NCBI RefSeq assembly: GCF_006345805.1
Contig: NC_043006.1
Location: 27,528,001-27,592,000, forward strand
DNA: 64,000 nt
Origin: Octopus sinensis
Lineage: Eukaryota
Direction of reading: 5' to 3'
Made by a program: the position numbers and the translations under genes. Position 1 is the first letter of the stretch, and each line of letters opens with the position of its first letter. Of this stretch, positions 13,041 through 26,870 are shown one piece after another. The notes below the pieces were generated by a model. That model had not been told where the DNA came from and did not search any database. It saw only the letters and a list, made by a program, of their open reading frames with translations.

Positions 13041-14467
13041 AGACCTTAAGATCGAAAGGATACTAGCAGTATAACTTGGCTTTACTCGGGATTAAGTTAG
13101 GATTATTAAGTTAATCAAGTTCTTTATTTCAAACCAAACTAACATCGACGTCAAATTTGGACGAAACCCATTGAAATTGGTTTATATATATATGGGCAAC
13201 ACACACATACGTACATGCACCTATTGCATACATGTTTTTTGTATGCATACATATTCGTGTGTGTGTGTGTGTTGCACGTATATCAACAAAACATTTTTTC
13301 CTCAATGGAAAAAAACAACAAAAGTCTTAACAAAAACTTACTCATCACTAGAAGGGGACTTAACTCCTGTTTGCAAACAATGGTGATTTGTTCGTCTTAA
13401 AAAAAGTTTTGGTTGAAAATTAATTTTTACTGCTATTCACTGGTGCCTCTGGGAAGAATAAGTTGATGAAAATACCGCTAGGGTCATGATGAATGTCCTC
13501 CTAAAATTGGCGCAACATGTGTGCTAATTTGTGGATGTACATAAATTACATTCACGTACACACGCACACACATCCTGCCTTTTATATATACAGATATATG
13601 TATATATACATATATATATATCGTCATTATATATATATCATCATCATTATCATCATCATCATTTAATGTCCGCTTTCCATACTGGCATGGGTCAAATGGT
13701 CTGACTGGAGCTTATGAGTTGGAGAGCTGCACCAGTTTCCAGTCTGATTTGGCATGATTTCTACAAGTGGATGCCCCTCCTAATACCAACTGCTCCAGGA
13801 GTTTAATGGGTGCTTTTAGAAACTTTCTTTGTAGAATGTGTGGGTTGATTGCACAGGCAAAACTAAAAAATTCAAAAAACAGAAGGAATTTAAAGTTAAA
13901 GCAGATATGAATTACAAAGCAAGAAATTTCATTTATTGCATCACGTGCTTGCAAGCAATGAGAATTCTATTGACCAAACAGAAATAAAATTAAAGGACTG
14001 GATGAGGGTGAATAAATATCAAATCTAAGATCCTTCATTTAAAAGTGTTCTATTCAGTGTGTATCTTGATGTAGGACTCCGTGTTTAGTCTGAGTCCATG
14101 TGGAAAGATGAATGGTGGCATAAAATTGCCATCACAAGTGATCACTCCAAACACCGTGATGTTGACTGGATGTTTGATTTTTACCACTCTCATTACATGT
14201 CCTTAGATTGCACTGTACTTACATTGACACCAAACACTCTGAATTATTCGTATTGGAGATTCCAGCGCAAATGCCAAGCAGTACAACATGTTGTTTGCAA
14301 ATTTCTGGCAGAGTGAATTGCATCCTGGTGCTGTTTTTCTCGTAAATGGTGCCCAACTAACTTTATTATGCTGTGTAGTGAACAAAAATCAAAACAAACA
14401 ATGTGCATGCTTGATATTAAAAATATAGAATGGTGACAATTTACCCATCATACCCTGTATATGTATA

Positions 14468-14542
<75 letters not shown>

Positions 14543-14546
<4 letters not shown>

Positions 14547-14779
14547 CGTGACCGACCAGGCATCAGATGTTGTAACACATCGCTGGTCACAATGCACTTC
14601 GCATAGTTTTAGCCTTCAAGTGACGCCACCCCACTGGCTAAGCGAGCAGGCCAACAGAAGAAAGAGTGAGAGAAAGTTGTGCGAAAGAGTACAGCAGGGA
14701 TCGCCACCCACCCCTGCCGGAGCCTCGTGGAGCTTTAGGTGTTTTCGCTCAATAAACACTCACAACGCCCAGTCTGGGA

Positions 14780-14785
<6 letters not shown>
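14543..14785 (-). mobile_element. SINE fragment inserted in (TA)n
   Basis: Minus strand begins with B-box-like TCGATTCCCAG; flanked on both sides by (TA)n. Confidence 0.5.
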
Positions 14786-14831
<46 letters not shown>

Positions 14832-15079
14832 CGAGGGAATATAAATCCAAACTTACAGGAAAAGAATTCAATTTAGAAATACTAAATCAAATTTCACACA
14901 ATATAATATAAATATAAAAAATTAGAAAAAAACCACCTTTTATCAATTCAAAATGAACAATTAAATTACACCATCCAGAAAATTACATATATTAGAAATA
15001 TTAAAATTAAAATAACAATAAAATTTCAATGATTAAGTAAATTTCAAAAAAATAACAAAAACGTATATAATTGGTAGAA

Positions 15080-15168
15080 TAATGACACGTGTTTCATGGC
15101 TATATTTAAGAAATGATTATAGTAGTAGTAAAATCACTTCGATATAAATATAGTCACTCATCAGGTTA
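15080..15168 (-). ncRNA. Type I hammerhead motif with long stem II (CpG-decayed)
   Basis: TAAC-CTGATGA-GTGACTATATTTA..TAAATATAGCCAT-GAAA-CACGTG-TC-ATTA: 13-position stem II, palindromic stem III, GUC site. Lies in an AT-rich element (14826-15215) flanked by (TA)n. Confidence 0.7.
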
Positions 15169-15210
15169 AAAATAAACTAGAATAATAAAATAATTAATTA
15201 ATTAATATAC

Positions 15211-15240
<30 letters not shown>

Positions 15241-15242
<2 letters not shown>

Positions 15243-18200
15243 CATCATCATCATCATCATCATCATTTAGCGTCCGTTTTCCATGCTAGCATGGGTTGGA
15301 CGGTTCAACTGGGGTCTGGGGAGCCCGAAGGCTGCACCAGGCCAGTCAGATCTGGCAGTGTTTCTACAGCTGGATGCCCTTCCTAACGCCAACCACTCCG
15401 AGAGTGTAGTGGGTGATTTTATGTGCCACCGACACAGGTGCCAGACGAGGCTGGCGAACGGCCACGCTCGGATGGTGTTTTTTTATGTGCCACCGACACA
15501 GGTGCCAGACGAGGCTGGCAGACGGCCACGCTCGGATGGTGTTTTTATGTGCCACCGACACAGGTGCCAGATGAGGCTGGCGGACGGCCACGATCGGATG
15601 GTGTTTGTTACGTCCCCAAGCACGGAGGCCAGTCTATGCGGTACTGGCTACGCCACGTTCGGATGATTTCTTGTGTGCCACCGGCACTGGTACCACAAAG
15701 ATACAAATTCCATTATGTTCATCTATTTTGATTTGTTTTGATTTGATTTGATTTGATTTGATTTGATTTTCACTTGCCTCAACAGGTCTTCACAAGTGTC
15801 ACAAGAAGGAAGGTATGCATAGGTGGACTGTCTACGTCGCCGGGTCTTCGGATGGTGTCTTTATGTGCCACCGACACAGGTGCCAGATGTGGCTGGCGAA
15901 CGGCCACGATCGGATGGTTTTCTGTGTGCCACCGGTACTGGAACCAAAGATACAAATTCCATTGATGTTCATCTATTTTGATTTGGTTTGATTTCACTTG
16001 CCTCAACAGGTCTTCACAAGTGTCACGCGTGTCACACACTTGCCTCAACAGGTCTCCACAAGTGTCACACACTTGCCTCTGCCTCAACAGGTCTTCACAA
16101 GTGTCACACACTTGCCTCTGCCTCAACAGGTCTTCACAAGTGTCATAAGAGGGAAGGTAAGCACAGGTGGACTGACTACGTCGCCGGTCTTTGGATGGTG
16201 TGGTGTTTTTATGTGCCACCGACACAGGTGCCAGGTGAGGCTGGCGAACGGCCACGATCAGATGGTGTTGTTGTGCCCACAGCACGGAGGCCAGTCGACG
16301 GCCACGTTCGGATGGTTTTCTTGTGCCACCGGTACTGGAACCACAAAGATACAAATTCCATTGATATTCATCTATTTTGATTTGGTTTGATTTTTTTTTT
16401 TTTTTTTTTTTTTTTGATTTTCACTTGCCTCAACAGGTCTTCACAAGGGTCACACACTTGCCTCAACAGTCTCCACAAGTGTCACACACTTGCCTCTGCC
16501 TCAACAGGTCTTCACAAGTGTCACACACTTGCCTCAACAGGTCTTCACAAGTGTCATAAGAGGGAAGTATGCACAGGTGGACTGACTACGTCGCCGGGTC
16601 TTCGGATGGTGTCTTTATGTGCCACCGGCACAGGTGCCAGATGAGGCTGGCGAACGGCCACGATCGGATGGTGTGTGTTGTGCCACAGCACGGAGGCCAG
16701 TCGATGCGGTACTGGTTACGGCCACGTTTGGGTGGTTTTCTTGTGTGCCACCGGCACTGGTACCACGAAGAATACAATTCACTGATGTTCATCTATTTTG
16801 ATTTGTTTTGATTGATTTGATTTTCACTTGCCTCAACAGGTTCATAAAGTGTCACAAGAAGGAAGGTATGCACAGGACTGACTACGTCCCCGGTCGGGGC
16901 CACGGGTTATGGCCTGACTAGTCTTGCGGGTCTTCTCATGCACAGCATACTTCCATAGGTCTCGGTCTCTAGACTTTCCTTAGTGAGACCTAAAGTTCGA
17001 AGGTCGTGCTTCACCACCTCGTCCCAGGTTTTCCTGGGTCTACCTCTTCCACAGGTTCCCTCCACTGCTAGGGTGTAGCACTTTTGCACACAACTATCTT
17101 CAGCCTTTCTTCACATGACCATACCAGCGCAGCCGTCTCTCTTGCACGCCACAACTGACGCTTCTTAGGTTCAACTTTTCTCTCAAGGAACTTACACTCT
17201 GACGATTATGAACACTGACATTACACATCCATCGGAGCATACTGGCTTCATTTCTTGCGAGCTTACGCATATCCTCAGCAGTCACGGCCCATGTTTCACT
17301 ACCATGTAGCATGGCTGTACGTACACATGCATCATACAGTCTGCCTTTTACTCTGAGCGAGAGGCCTTTTGTCACCAGCAGGGGTAAGAGCTCTCTAAAC
17401 TTTGCCCAGGCTATTCTTACTCTAGCAGTTACACTTTCAGCACACCACCCCCGCTACTGACTTGGTCTCCTAGGTAGCGGAAGCTATCAACTACTTCTAG
17501 TTTGTCTCCCTGGAACGTGGCAGAAGTTGGTCTCTGCATATTTCCAGTGTTTATTGCTCCTGAGCATTTGCCACAGACAAAAACTATTTTCCTAGTTAGC
17601 CTTCCTTTGACATTGCTGCACCTCTTATGTGTCCATAGCTTACACTTGGTGCATCTTATAGAGTTTCTACCTACACCTTTTTTACAGATCGAGCAGGGCC
17701 ATCTACCTGAAGGCGTTTGTGATTGATCTACCTTCCTACTTATTAGAACTTTGGTTTTGGCTAGGTTGATTCTAAGGCCCTTCGATTCTAATCCTTGTTT
17801 CCACACCTGAAACTTCTCCTCCAGTTCTGATAGTGACTCAGCAATTAGAGCAAGGTCATCAGCATAGAGGAGCTCCCAGGGGCAACCTGTCTTGAATTCC
17901 TCCGTTATTGCCTGGAGGACTATGATAAATAGGAGGGGACTGAGGACTGAACCTTGGTGGACCCCAACCTCTACCCGGAATTCTTCACTGTACTCGTTGC
18001 CAACCCTCACCTTACTAGCAGCGTCTCTGTACATGGCTTGAACATCTCTCACCAACCATTCTTCTATCCCTAGTTTCCTCATTGACCACCAGATAAGGGA
18101 CCGGGGGACCCTGTCAAAGGCTTTCTCCAAGTCAACAAAAGCCAGGTACAAGGGCTTATCTTTGGCTAGGTATTTCTCCTGCAGCTGTCTTACCAGGAAT

Positions 18201-18580
18201 ATAGCATCATAGTAGTACTTTTCCCTGGCACGAACCCAAACTGCATATCATCTAAGGTAACTCTCTCTCTAATTAGTTGGGCTACAACCCTCTCCGTAAC
18301 CTTCATTACCTGATCCAGCAGCTTGATGCCCCTGTAGTTATTTGTCTCTAGGGCGTCGCCTTTACCTTTGTAGCAGTTGACTATTATGCTGCTACACCAG
18401 TCATTGGGTATGACCCCCTCGTGTATCACCTGGTTAACTATAGGTGACTAAGCTATAGCCGACACACCAGATATTTTGAGCATCTCTGCAGTAATTCCTG
18501 ATGGGCCTGGGGCTTTCCCTGTTTTCATGCTTCTAATTGCCTTATCTACTAAGGAACTGTTAACTCGGATTGCTGGTCCC
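15241..18580 (-). mobile_element. RTE-clade LINE, 5'-truncated, frameshifted ORF2 with long repetitive 3' UTR and (TGA)n tail
   Basis: ORFs 18190-18429, 17429-18151 (AFVDLEKAFD, QGSVLSP, YADD), 17100-17375 and 16907-17089. UTR 15241-16890 contains ~60-bp and 31-37-bp subrepeats. Confidence 0.9.
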
Positions 18581-19623
18581 TGAAAATACTAAATATACAT
18601 AAGTGAAACCTAAAACAATACTTCAATTATTAAAAACTTTAAAATTAATTAAAGTACACAATGCTATTACAAGTCATTAAATTGTAATCAAAATAAGAAA
18701 TGGTTCAAATATAGACAAACTCCTTAAATAAGCTAACTATATAATAAATATGCATATGTAGTATCTATAGATTTAATATATCAATCTATAACAAAGTTGA
18801 CTAAATATCAAATAATATAATACCTAATTAACTTAAAATTAATATTACATAATAAATGTGTCACCTAGTAATTAAATAATATATTGTCTGACGAAATTAA
18901 TTCTTAAATAAAATTAAATGTAATATGTTAGATCCTTTTATATATATATATAAAAATATATTTTATTTAAAAAAACACACACCAAATAAAGAGATATAAG
19001 AATTAATATCTATCATAACTTATATTTATCAATGTATATAAAAAGATATAATGGCGAGAATAATATGTTAATGGAAACTAAGAAAACATTACAGCCCCAA
19101 AATTAAAGAAAGGTGCCAAAATATTAGAACCAATGAACAATACACTATGAAGATTTACAATCACAATCACCAGTCTTCTACCAAACCAGTCAAAAACAAT
19201 AATAATAAGAAGAATAATCAAACTCAAAATAATAACAAGATCTAACTAATATTGATAAACAAACTAAGTTACTAAGCTCAATGATTAAGTTAATCTATCT
19301 GGATTTTAAATGTATTAATACGTTTTAGCATCTAATTAATATACCCAATACAATAACTCATCATGAATAATACAATCAAAAATTAGAAAAAGTTCAAATA
19401 TACTCAAATCCATTATAAAAACTAATTATATTAATATCTATGTATAATATCTATAGATTAAATATATCACACAATAAAAAAGTTAAACATAAAACTTATA
19501 TTAAAATAAAAACTCATTGACTGAGTTGTGGATTGGTAGTTCATCTCTAAATTAGTTATATATATATATGTGTGTATAATATATATAGGTAAACTCCATT
19601 GTCTCCCGAGACAAAAAGGATGC

Positions 19624-19665
<42 letters not shown>

Positions 19666-19670
19666 TTGTA

Positions 19671-20062
19671 CAGGGGTTGGACAAAATAATGGAAACACCT
19701 AGCATCATAGCATCATAATTTTGAAATATTTATAAAACCATCAAAAGTTTGTTTATTTTTATGTTTTTTTATTTATTATTAGTGTTGCTTAATATGTTTT
19801 GCTAAAATTACTGTTTCTTTTCAGATATCATCAGAAAAAGCTAATTAAAATTCATTAAAATGACAAATCTATCAGACTTTCAAAGAGGTCAAATTGTTGG
19901 TACTCGTATGGCAGGCGCTAGTGTAACAAAAACAGCTGAAATATTTGGTGTATCAAGAAGTACTGTCTCAAAAGTAATGACAGCCTTTGAGAAAGAGGGA
20001 AAAACCTCCTTGTCGAAACAAAACTCCGGAAGAAATCCAAAACTTTCAGATAGGGACTGTCA
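19671..20062 (+). mobile_element. Tc1-like transposon 5' end (truncated)
   Basis: TA + TIR-like CAGGGGTTGGACAAAATAATGGAAACAC. ORF from 19860 (LSDFQRGQIVG..FGVSRSTVSKV..SGRNPKLS, paired-like HTH) is cut by (TACA)n. Confidence 0.85.
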
Positions 20063-20379
20063 TACATACATACATACATACATACGTACGTACGTACATA
20101 CATACATACATACATACATACATACATACATACATACATACATACATACATACATACAAATACAGGCAGCTAGTTGGGACCCTATTCATGTAGCTGAAAT
20201 CTAGCAACAAGAATGACATTATGAATAACACTTCTGAATCTCACTACATGGAGCATTTACATGCTTCTTAACAGATTTGTTATAGGTTACCCTAATAACA
20301 TATAACTCTCATCGGAGAGGGCAAACTCAGTGGAAAAAGTGGCGGCTACATTCTTTCTAGATTGAATGTGGTCTCAAAG

Positions 20380-21630
20380 AGAGACACAAGGCTGGAAATG
20401 GCTTTGTAATGAAAACGCTGTTTGTTGGAAAACAGATATCCCACTGCACCACATCTCATAAAGCAAAACCAATCATCTAATGATGAGGCTTCCACTTTTT
20501 AATAGGTAGAATTTCAATACTATTGTCAGTACTTATGTCCCCACTATGATCAACCCAGACACACTCAGCAATAAGTCCTATAAAGACTTTAAAAGTTTTA
20601 CCATCACTAATACCAATACAGACAAGCTCATCACTCTCAGTAAACTTCAATGTGAGAATTAGTTGCTGCGGCACTCCTTGGATGGAGTGACTGGAAATTA
20701 TGGGTCAGCAACTGCAGCATCTTTGCACAGAACATGGCCTTGTGATTGCAAACAGTCTTCTGCCTTTCTACCTGTATCAGGACATCATGAATGTATGCTG
20801 ACTCACAGCAGTGGCATCTTATCAACTATCATTATGAGGAAAGAGAACAGGCAGGATGAATGAGTCATGAGAACCATGTGTGATGCAGAGTGTTGGACTG
20901 ACCACCACTTAATTGTCATGAAGCTCCAATTTTGTGTCCAACCAAAAAGACTTCCACAGGTATGACTGTGTGGTAAGAAACTTGCTTCCTAACCACATGG
21001 TTCCTGGTTCAGCCTCACTGTGTGACACCTTGGCAAGTGTCTTCTACTATAGCCCCAGGCCGACCAAAGCCTTGTGAGTGGATTTGTTAGATGGAAACTG
21101 AAAGAAGTCTGTCATATATATATATATTTATGCGTGTGTCTTTGTGTCTGTGTTTGTCACCCCCACCATTGCTTGACAACCAACGGTGGTATGTTTATGT
21201 CCCCATAAATGACTGAAATGTGTAAAAGAATAAAAGAATGTATGAAAACACCAAAATATCTTAAAGGGAAAATCTGCCTTTCTACAAATTTTCTGACACT
21301 CTGCAAGACTGCCTGATTACATCATACAGGGAAATCTGGATGTGACAGCAGCATGGGAAACACTTCATGAGACAATATATAATATCATCATAAAGTATCT
21401 TGGATGCATAAAGACTGCCAGGAAGAATAAAAATTGATTTGATGAGAATTACCTGCAGACCAAACAGTTGCTCAATGAAAAACACTTCCCTTAAAACCCA
21501 CCTCAGTGACCCAGTCCTCAGCAAATGAAGTAGCACTGAGGGACCTTCACTGTGCCATTCTGCAGAACATATGGTTGAGCAACATGGTTGATAAGATCCA
21601 AGGCTACACTGACAGAAAATTTATGAAAAG
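20380..21630 (+). pseudogene. Old RTE LINE endonuclease/linker remnant interrupted by a SINE (~20945-21215)
   Basis: GQQLQHLCTEHGLVIANS..QWHLINY and FDENY..WLSNMVDKIQGYTDR match RTE APE/linker motifs; stops present. Confidence 0.7.
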
Positions 21631-22217
21631 GTAAAAGTGAATAGTTAAAAAGTTAATAAATCAAGGTTTTGCACTTTTTACAAATGGTGAACTGCATGTT
21701 GTTGCAGGGCAGTAGAGGTATATATAATAGAGGAAATAAACAAAATAAACATATGAAAAAGTAGGCAGAGGGAGGGAGAGAAGGAGGAAAGTGAGATTCA
21801 TTAAGATAGATGAGAAGACAAAATATTTGAAAATATTGGAGAAAAATCAAACAGAAAATGAATTATGGATGACGGAGATAAGAAACTATTTGCAGAAAAG
21901 TATGATGTTGTAAAAGAAAATAACAAAATTAAAACAAGTTATAGTGAAATAGGAGGAGGTCACTTGTAAGAAAGACCAAGATAAATACAGGCTGAATACA
22001 CACACACACGTATATTATAGATATATATATATCTAAAGGCTATGCCCCAGCAAAGCCACAGCCCAGTGAGTGAAACAAGATAAGACACACACACATTAAT
22101 TTTAATAAGGAAAAGGTTAGCAGACCCCACAGTTTCAGCTTACTTGCATTGCTTGACAAAAAGCAAACATTAATATATAATGTTTGTGGATGTGCGTGTA
22201 TGTGGGGGGGGGGGGGT

Positions 22218-22219
22218 GA

Positions 22220-22293
<74 letters not shown>
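22218..22293. repeat. (GAAA)n microsatellite
   Basis: Direct reading. Confidence 0.95.
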
Positions 22294-22295
<2 letters not shown>

Positions 22296-25097
22296 GTGAG
22301 AGAGAGAGAAAAAAGCAGCATCTATGGAAACAACATAGAACTGTAAAGTAGTTAGACCATCAATAAATCAAATAAGTTATCATCCTGAAATGTTGATATA
22401 TTCTAGATTGTTCAAGGAGAGTGTTGTGTGAACTATTGTCTCTTCAAATGTTGGACATGTCAATACTTGACTACCAGCATCAACGATAGCATTTCTATTT
22501 TGATGCTTCGACTTGTTATTTTACGTATTAACTATCTGTCAGTCTCTACTTCTTTGTCATTCTATTTTAAGTGAAAGCGCAGCCTCCTTTAATTTACCTC
22601 TAACATCAACTCTATTAAGTTTAGCATCATTTTTCTCTTTTTGTATCTTTATTTGGCACTGTTGTTTTAGCCAACATTATTTGTTTTCTTATTGATGTCA
22701 TTGTTTTTCTTGATACTGGGTTTTATTGTTGTTGCTGTAGCTGTTATTGTCATAAATATTGTTGATGCTTTTAATTTCTTTCAATTAATTTCTTAAGTAA
22801 AAAAAGAACTACTCCAACACAATCTTTCACAAAACTAATGACATGAATTTGCAACTAATCTATTTTTTATTTTAATTTCAACACATCTAATATGAAGAAT
22901 GTGAATTCATGTCAAGACATGTATACATGTAGAAATCCTGATCAATTTTGTTGACTTCATAAACTAGAAAGACTGGACTTGTTTTTTAAGATCTCATTCT
23001 TTAACTCACTAAACCGTTGGGGCATTTACTGAAAATTTTGAAAAGTTGAAGTGATTTAAGAGAAAATAAATATACTGTGGCTTACCATCTCTTAGCTCAC
23101 AGGAAGAACTGAGCTTTGTATTCTCAATTGCTTGCTTATTATTTTAGTAAATGATTAGGCATTTAAATCAGTTCAAATGTGTTTGGGACATATCTGGCCA
23201 GTACAAAGGCCATATTCTCTGCTGTTTACCACTGAGAAAAATTCTTGCTTTAGTCAATAGATGTCAAAAATACCAACAGTCATTTTAAGACACTCTCTGG
23301 CAGTGCCGTGAATGCATTTTTAGTTTCTTGGCTATTATCACCACCATGTACCACATGAAAGACAACCTAGAAATGATTTGGAAACCTTAATTTCCTTGCA
23401 AGTAAATCAGTATCAAAACACAAGCTAATTATATGTGACACCATCTCAACTTGAACAAAATATTGTAGTTGGCATGTGAAAGCAATGTTGTGAGTAAACA
23501 AACATTTAGGTTGGTTCAAAAAGGCCATATTCATCATCATTTAACAGCCACTTTTCCATGCTTGCATGGGTCAGATGGAATTTGTTGATGCAGATTTTTT
23601 ATGGCTGGATGCCCTCCCTGTCACCAACCTCACTAGTTTCCATTCAAGGTAATATTCCTTCATGGACAGATGTATCTTTCACAGGAGATTGGATACAAAC
23701 AACTTCATTTGTATGACAATGTTGCTGATTCACAAACATCGTATAACAGCAAGATGAGAGTACTCACACACAACAGGCTTCTTCCAGTTTCCATGTACCA
23801 AATCCATTCACAAATCTATGTTCATACCAAAGGTATAGTAGAAAGTATTAGCCCAGTGTGCCACACAGTGAGACTGAAACTAGAACAATATGGTTGGGAA
23901 GTAAGCTTGTGTGTGTGTGTGTGTGTGTGTGTGTGCATATGTATGCATATATGTGTGAGACTTGCATGGCATGACCTACATGTGTATGCATATATGTCAG
24001 AGACCTGTATGGTGTGGCTGTAGGCTTTTTCAAAGCAAAACTGGATCTCCTTCTGTCAAGAGTTTGGGATGAAACTACCACAAGTTAAGAAACACAGATG
24101 AGAGCAGCAACATCAAACTCCTTCAACTACCTTATTTCACATATCAGAGGAGGTTTACTGAAAGTGTAGCAAAGTAAAAGGTAGTGCCCCAGCATGACCA
24201 CAGTCCTCAGATGGAAATTTAAAGGAAAAAAAATATAAATATACATACAGGCACAGGCATGGCTGTATAGTAAGAAGTTTACTTCCCAACCACATGGTTC
24301 CAGGTTCAGTCCCACTGCATGCCAACTTGGGCAAGTCTCTTCTACGATAGCCTCAGGCTAACCAAATCTCCGTGAGTGGATTTGATAGACGGAAACTATA
24401 TATATATATATAGATAGATATATATATAGATAGATAGATAGATATGTATATTATATAGAGGGCATTATTACACATAAATGCCACATGCTAGGAGGGACTC
24501 TTAAAGTCAAAACTACTAAAATAAATAAACATATCGAACCGAATGCAATTTTTGAAGCAAGTAATTTAAAAACAGAATTCAGCTGCATATCACCTGTGAT
24601 TTCATAATCAGTGCAGTGGTGTGCACTCTTTACTCCTCAGTGCAAGCATAATTCAAGATTTATAATGAATGAACAAAAACAACATACCAGGTGAACAACC
24701 ATCATATCTAATGCAGTACATAGAAATGTTCACCCCTTATACATCTATGTAAATGGCGGGCTTTTTCGAATTGCATTTTGGTAATGTGCTTATTCGGAAT
24801 AAAAATTCAGTATTGAATATACTCCGGTTAAATTTACAATTTAAAAATAGGATAAAATCTTCATAAGGTTTTTCACGTTAACTATTTGATAAATTCTTCG
24901 ATATAAGTAAAGAAATTTGAGATATTTGAAAAGAAAATATGAAACCCGGTTATTTCTCCAAAAACTATGTTGCTATATGCAAAATTTTATAACATTTTTC
25001 TAACATAACGACTTAAATATATTCTTTAACCATATAACACAAGCCTTCTGTAGTCTTTTCACTTTTTTTTGTTTTAGATATATATATATATATATAT

Positions 25098-25930
25098 CAT
25101 CATCATCATCATCATCGTTTAGCGTCCGTTTTCCATGCTAGCATGGGTTGGACGGTATATATATAATATATATACATACACAACATACATATATATATAT
25201 ATATAATATAATATATATATATATATATAATATATATATATCATCATCATCATTTAGCGTCCACTTTCCATGTTAGCATGGGTTGGACATTCAACTGGGG
25301 TCTGTGAAGCCAGAAGGCTGCATCAGGCCCAATCTGATCTGGCAGTGTATATATATATATATATATATATATATCTCATCATCATCATCATCATCGTTTA
25401 ACGTCCGTTCTCCATGCTAGCATGGGTTGGACGGTTCGACCGGGGATCTGGGTAGCCAGAAGGCTGCACCAGGCTTCAGTCTTATCTGGCAATGTTTCTA
25501 CAGCTGGATGCCCTTCCTAACGCCAACCACTCCGTGAGTGTAGTGGGTGCTTTTTACGTGCCACCTGCACAGGTGCCAGGCGAGGCTGGCAATGGCCACG
25601 GTCGGATTGGTGTATTTTATATGCCACCGGCACGGAAGCCACTCGAGGCAGCGCTGGCATCAGCCACGAGTCGGATAGTGCTTTTTACGTACCACCAGAC
25701 CAGGGATCCTGGCTGGTTAAATTCGATTTCGATTTCGCTTTCGCTTGCCCCAACATGTCTTCGCAAGCAAAGGGGGTTGGCATGGGTGCCTGTCGTACGG
25801 TCGGATTGGTATATTTTACGTGCCACCGGCACGGAAGCCAGTGGAGGCGGTGCTGGCATCGGCCACGAGTCGGATAGTGCTTTTTACGTACCACCAGACC
25901 AGGGATCCTGGCTGGTTCAATTCGATTTCG
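25098..25930 (-). mobile_element. Cluster of RTE 3'-UTR-only (SINE-like) copies
   Basis: Same (TCA)n-TTTAGCGTCCG..CATGCTAGCATGG..GGATGCCCTTCC tail as the RTE copies at 15241 and 46530. Confidence 0.8.
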
Positions 25931-26094
25931 AATATATATATATATATATATGCATATATGTACACACATATCAATTCGTTTTGCAAGATTCTGGATGTGA
26001 AATCATGTGTTGAAACAGATATTGTTGTATTTCAGGATGGTCATTTTATTTATTGATTTATTTATTTATTTATTTATTGCCAAATAAACACACC

Positions 26095-26128
<34 letters not shown>

Positions 26129-26174
26129 TTTTCTTCATTTGCTTATTACTGGTCTAATTTATTTTATGTCCACA

Positions 26175-26218
26175 GTCCAGAAATCTTTTGTCACACATCT
26201 GTGACCTCTTTCAGTGAC
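26175..26218 (-). ncRNA. Highly degenerate hammerhead-like motif in a dispersed repeat
   Basis: GTCA-CTGAAAGA-GGTCACA GATG TGTGAC-AAAA-GATT-TC-TGGAC. The related copy near 29600-29630 keeps GAAA. An inverted partial copy lies at 26445-26570. Confidence 0.35.
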
Positions 26219-26626
26219 ACTTTTTGTTTCTGTTGATGTTCTTGCTCCACTTACTCTGTTCTGTTCTTCTAAGATATGTATCCTTATATGCTCATGTGTT
26301 TATTTCTTTGTTTGTGTGTGTGTGTGTGTATGTGCGTGTGTGTGTGTATATGTGTACTTGTGTGTGTGCCATAGTTTTTAGCAGCAGTGTGGCCTTCCCC
26401 TCAGCCCCATCTTCAAACCCTATTGTGCTGCTGCTGTCCTAAGAATAGATGTGTGACAAAAGATTTTCAGACAATAGACATAAAATAGATTAGACCACTA
26501 ATAATATATATTGTGTGTGTGTTTCTTTAGCAATAAATAAATAAAATGACCATCCTGAAATACAATATACATATATGCATATATATATACACACATACGT
26601 ATGTGGTGTGTGTGTGTGTGTGTATG

Positions 26627-26664
<38 letters not shown>

Positions 26665-26870
26665 TACAATGGGGCTATACAATGGTGGTGTATCCCCTAC
26701 TGTCATGTTCTTGTTAGATTGACAGTATACAACCATTCTATCGCCCCACCACCGTACATGTCTCTACAAGAGATTTAGAAATTCAATATTTCTTATTTTG
26801 ATAATCAGTGAATAAACTTCACTGAGTATACATATATACAATTATGAAGTCGAGGCAAATATCACCAGCC

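Noticed and set aside
15990-16560. CRISPR-like 31-37-bp repeats
   Set aside because: Head-to-tail with no unique spacers, no cas genes, and located in an RTE 3' UTR of a eukaryote.
21282-21536. Minus-strand ORFs at 21282-21536 and 20477-20825 as host exons
   Set aside because: The plus strand matches RTE endonuclease/linker motifs.
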